Shown: piece after piece, positions 61,975 through 64,000 of the stretch
Numbering within the stretch: the stretch's first letter is position 1
Layout: each line of letters starts with the position of its first letter
Source: Mobula hypostoma
Lineage: Eukaryota
Direction: 5' to 3'
Assembly (NCBI RefSeq): GCF_963921235.1
Contig: NC_086109.1
Location: forward strand, 36,148,001 to 36,212,000
Length of the DNA: 64,000 nucleotides
Program-made: the position numbers and the translations under genes
The notes under the pieces: model-generated
What the model saw: the letters and a program-made list of their open reading frames with translations, nothing else
What the model was told of the DNA's origin: nothing
Databases searched by the model: none

Positions 61975-63010
61975 AGAAACATAGAAACATAGAAAATAGG
62001 TGCAGGAGTAGGCCATTTGGCCCTTCGAGCCTGCACCGCTATTCAGTACGATCATGGCTGATCATCCAACTCAGAACCCTGTACCAGCCTTCTCTCCATA
62101 CCCCCTGATCCCTTTAGCCACAAGGGCCTTATCTAACTCCCTCTTAAATATAGCCAGTGAACTGGCCTCATCTGTTTCCTGTGGCAGAGAATTCCATAGA
62201 TTCACCACTCTGTGTGAAGAAGCTTTTCCTCATCTCGGTCCTAAAAGGCTTCCCCTTTATCCTCAAACTGTGACCCCTCGTTCTGGACTTCCCCAACATT
62301 GGGAACAATCTTCCTGCATCTAGCCTGTCCAATCCCTTTAGAATTTTATACATTTCAATCAAATCCCCCCTCAATCTTCTAAATTCCAGAAAGTATAAGC
62401 CTAGTCGATCCAATCTTTCATCATATGAAAGTCCTGCCATCCCAGGAATCAATCTGGTGAACCTTCTTTGTACCCCCTCTATGGCAAGAATGTCTTTCCT
62501 CAGATTAGGGGACCAAAACTGCACACAATACTCTAGGTGTGGTCTCACCAAGGCCTTGTACAACTGCAGTAGTACCTCCCTGCTCCTGTACTCGAATCCT
62601 CTTGCTATTATTGCCAGCGTACCATTCGCCTTTTTCACCGCTTGCTGTACCTGCATGCCAACTTTCAATGACTGGTGTACAATGACACCTAGGTCTCGTT
62701 GCACCTCCCCTTTTCCTAATCGGCCACCATTCAGATAATAATCTGTTTTCCTGTTCTTGCCACCAAAGTGGATAACCTCACATTTATCCACATTAAATTG
62801 CATCTGCCATGAATTTGCCCACTCACCTAACCTATCCAAGTCACTCTGCATCCTCTTAGCATCCTCCTCACAGCTAACACTGCCACCCAGCTTCTTCTCA
62901 TCCACAAACTTAGAGATGCTGCATTTAATTCCCTCATCTAAGTCATTAATATATATTGGAAACAACTGAGGTCCCAGCACTGAGCCTTGCGGTACCCCAC
63001 TAGTCACTGC
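61975..63010 (-). mobile_element. Well-preserved 5'-truncated CR1 LINE
   Basis: ORF 62168..63172 is open from AVTSGVPQGSVLGP through the RT C-terminus. The (tagaaaca)n tail lies at ~61974-61993. Confidence 0.94.
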
Positions 63011-63892
63011 ATTATATATAGTATAAATAATATAAAATACAGTAAATCGTGTGCACTGTTCAGTAAAGGGCATTGACAATAATGAAACACTTTCAGTTAG
63101 GTGGTTTACTTTGACAGCAACATTCAATGGTCTATGATGCTGTGTAAATATATTAGTTAATCTTTTCTGCACACTTTTTGGTCCAGTATTTTTAGTGGGT
63201 GTGAGTCAGATGTTTTAAACATTAACCTTGGCTGTTAAGTAGCAATCACTCTATTAAGTCTCAGCATAAATTAGAGGGGGATGGAGAATGACCTACTTCT
63301 AAGTCATAAATAAATTTGAAATATAAAAATATTCCATATTTTCATTTAGTATGCTAGGCTATAAAGTTGTAGGAAATAAAAGCAGCATAAACATTTTTGA
63401 GGAACATACCACAAATTAATCTGTTAAATGGCAAAATTATTAACATTAATAGCAAGATATGATCTCTGCTGACAAGATCCTCAGAATAGGCCAGTCCTAC
63501 AAGGTGGAATCAATAGTTACAAGGTGGCTTCTGTTTCTTGCATTTCATGACTATAATTTCATGGAACATCATGACCAGCAGTAGTTTAAAAAGAAACAAA
63601 ATTGGATTGTAGCTTGCATATGCACAAATACAGAAGTTCCAAACTTTTTGTAAATTATCTGCCAGGAATCTCCAACTGTAGTCAAGTGGTGCTCCTTTTA
63701 AGACCTTATAGTTTAACATATTTATTGTTTATTTCTTTTCTCTTTTCTATTTACACAGTTTGTTGTACTTTGCTCATTGGCTGTTTGTCCATCCTGCTGT
63801 TGCCAAATATTGTTTTCTCATGTCATGTTGAATGTCAAAAGTAAGTTCGAAGAATGAAGCCAAAGTGGATTGTAAGATAAATATGAAAGAGC

Positions 63893-64000
63893 AGCACACA
63901 AAAAATGCTGGAGGAACTCAGCAGGCCAGGCAGCATCTATAGAAAAAAAGTACAGTCGATGTTTTGACCCTTTGGCAGGAAACATCGACTGTACTTTTTT
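63893..64000. repeat. Palindromic Penelope-terminus-derived element, cut by the window edge
   Basis: aaaaaagtacagtcgatgttt and aaacatcgactgtactttttt form an inverted repeat. The left arm matches 43132-43205. Confidence 0.75.

Noticed and set aside
62168..63172. 334-aa ORF as an intact gene or domesticated RT
   Set aside because: It is a 5'-truncated CR1 that reads through from AT-rich flank. The catalytic FADD is altered to FVDE and the RT N-terminal half is missing.

Overview
This is not prokaryotic sequence. It is a transposon-saturated, AT-rich vertebrate intergenic or intronic window. The repeat mix (CR1, Rex1/Babar, V-SINE/HE1-like SINEs, Penelope-derived fragments) suggests a cartilaginous fish, probably a ray; this is inference. 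No host protein-coding gene, rRNA, tRNA or CRISPR array can be supported, and the ORFs I can assign are degraded transposon remnants. The contents are: many CR1 LINE fragments, including one copy retaining its 5' end and nested in another; Rex1-type LINEs; a full-length RTE LINE with a 10-bp TSD, interrupted by a Hero/NeSL-type (REL endonuclease) element; a Chapaev3-like DNA transposon; a Tc1 remnant; a Penelope element with a GIY-YIG domain and a minimal hammerhead ribozyme core; and an ~8.4 kb BEL/Pao LTR retrotransposon carrying a solo LTR, a 16 x 48-bp array and a second Hero fragment. The most notable observations are the hammerhead motif and its palindromic MITE-like derivatives, an unclassified structured ~560-bp non-coding element present twice, and the higher-order array in the BEL leader. 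I found no clearly new biological system.
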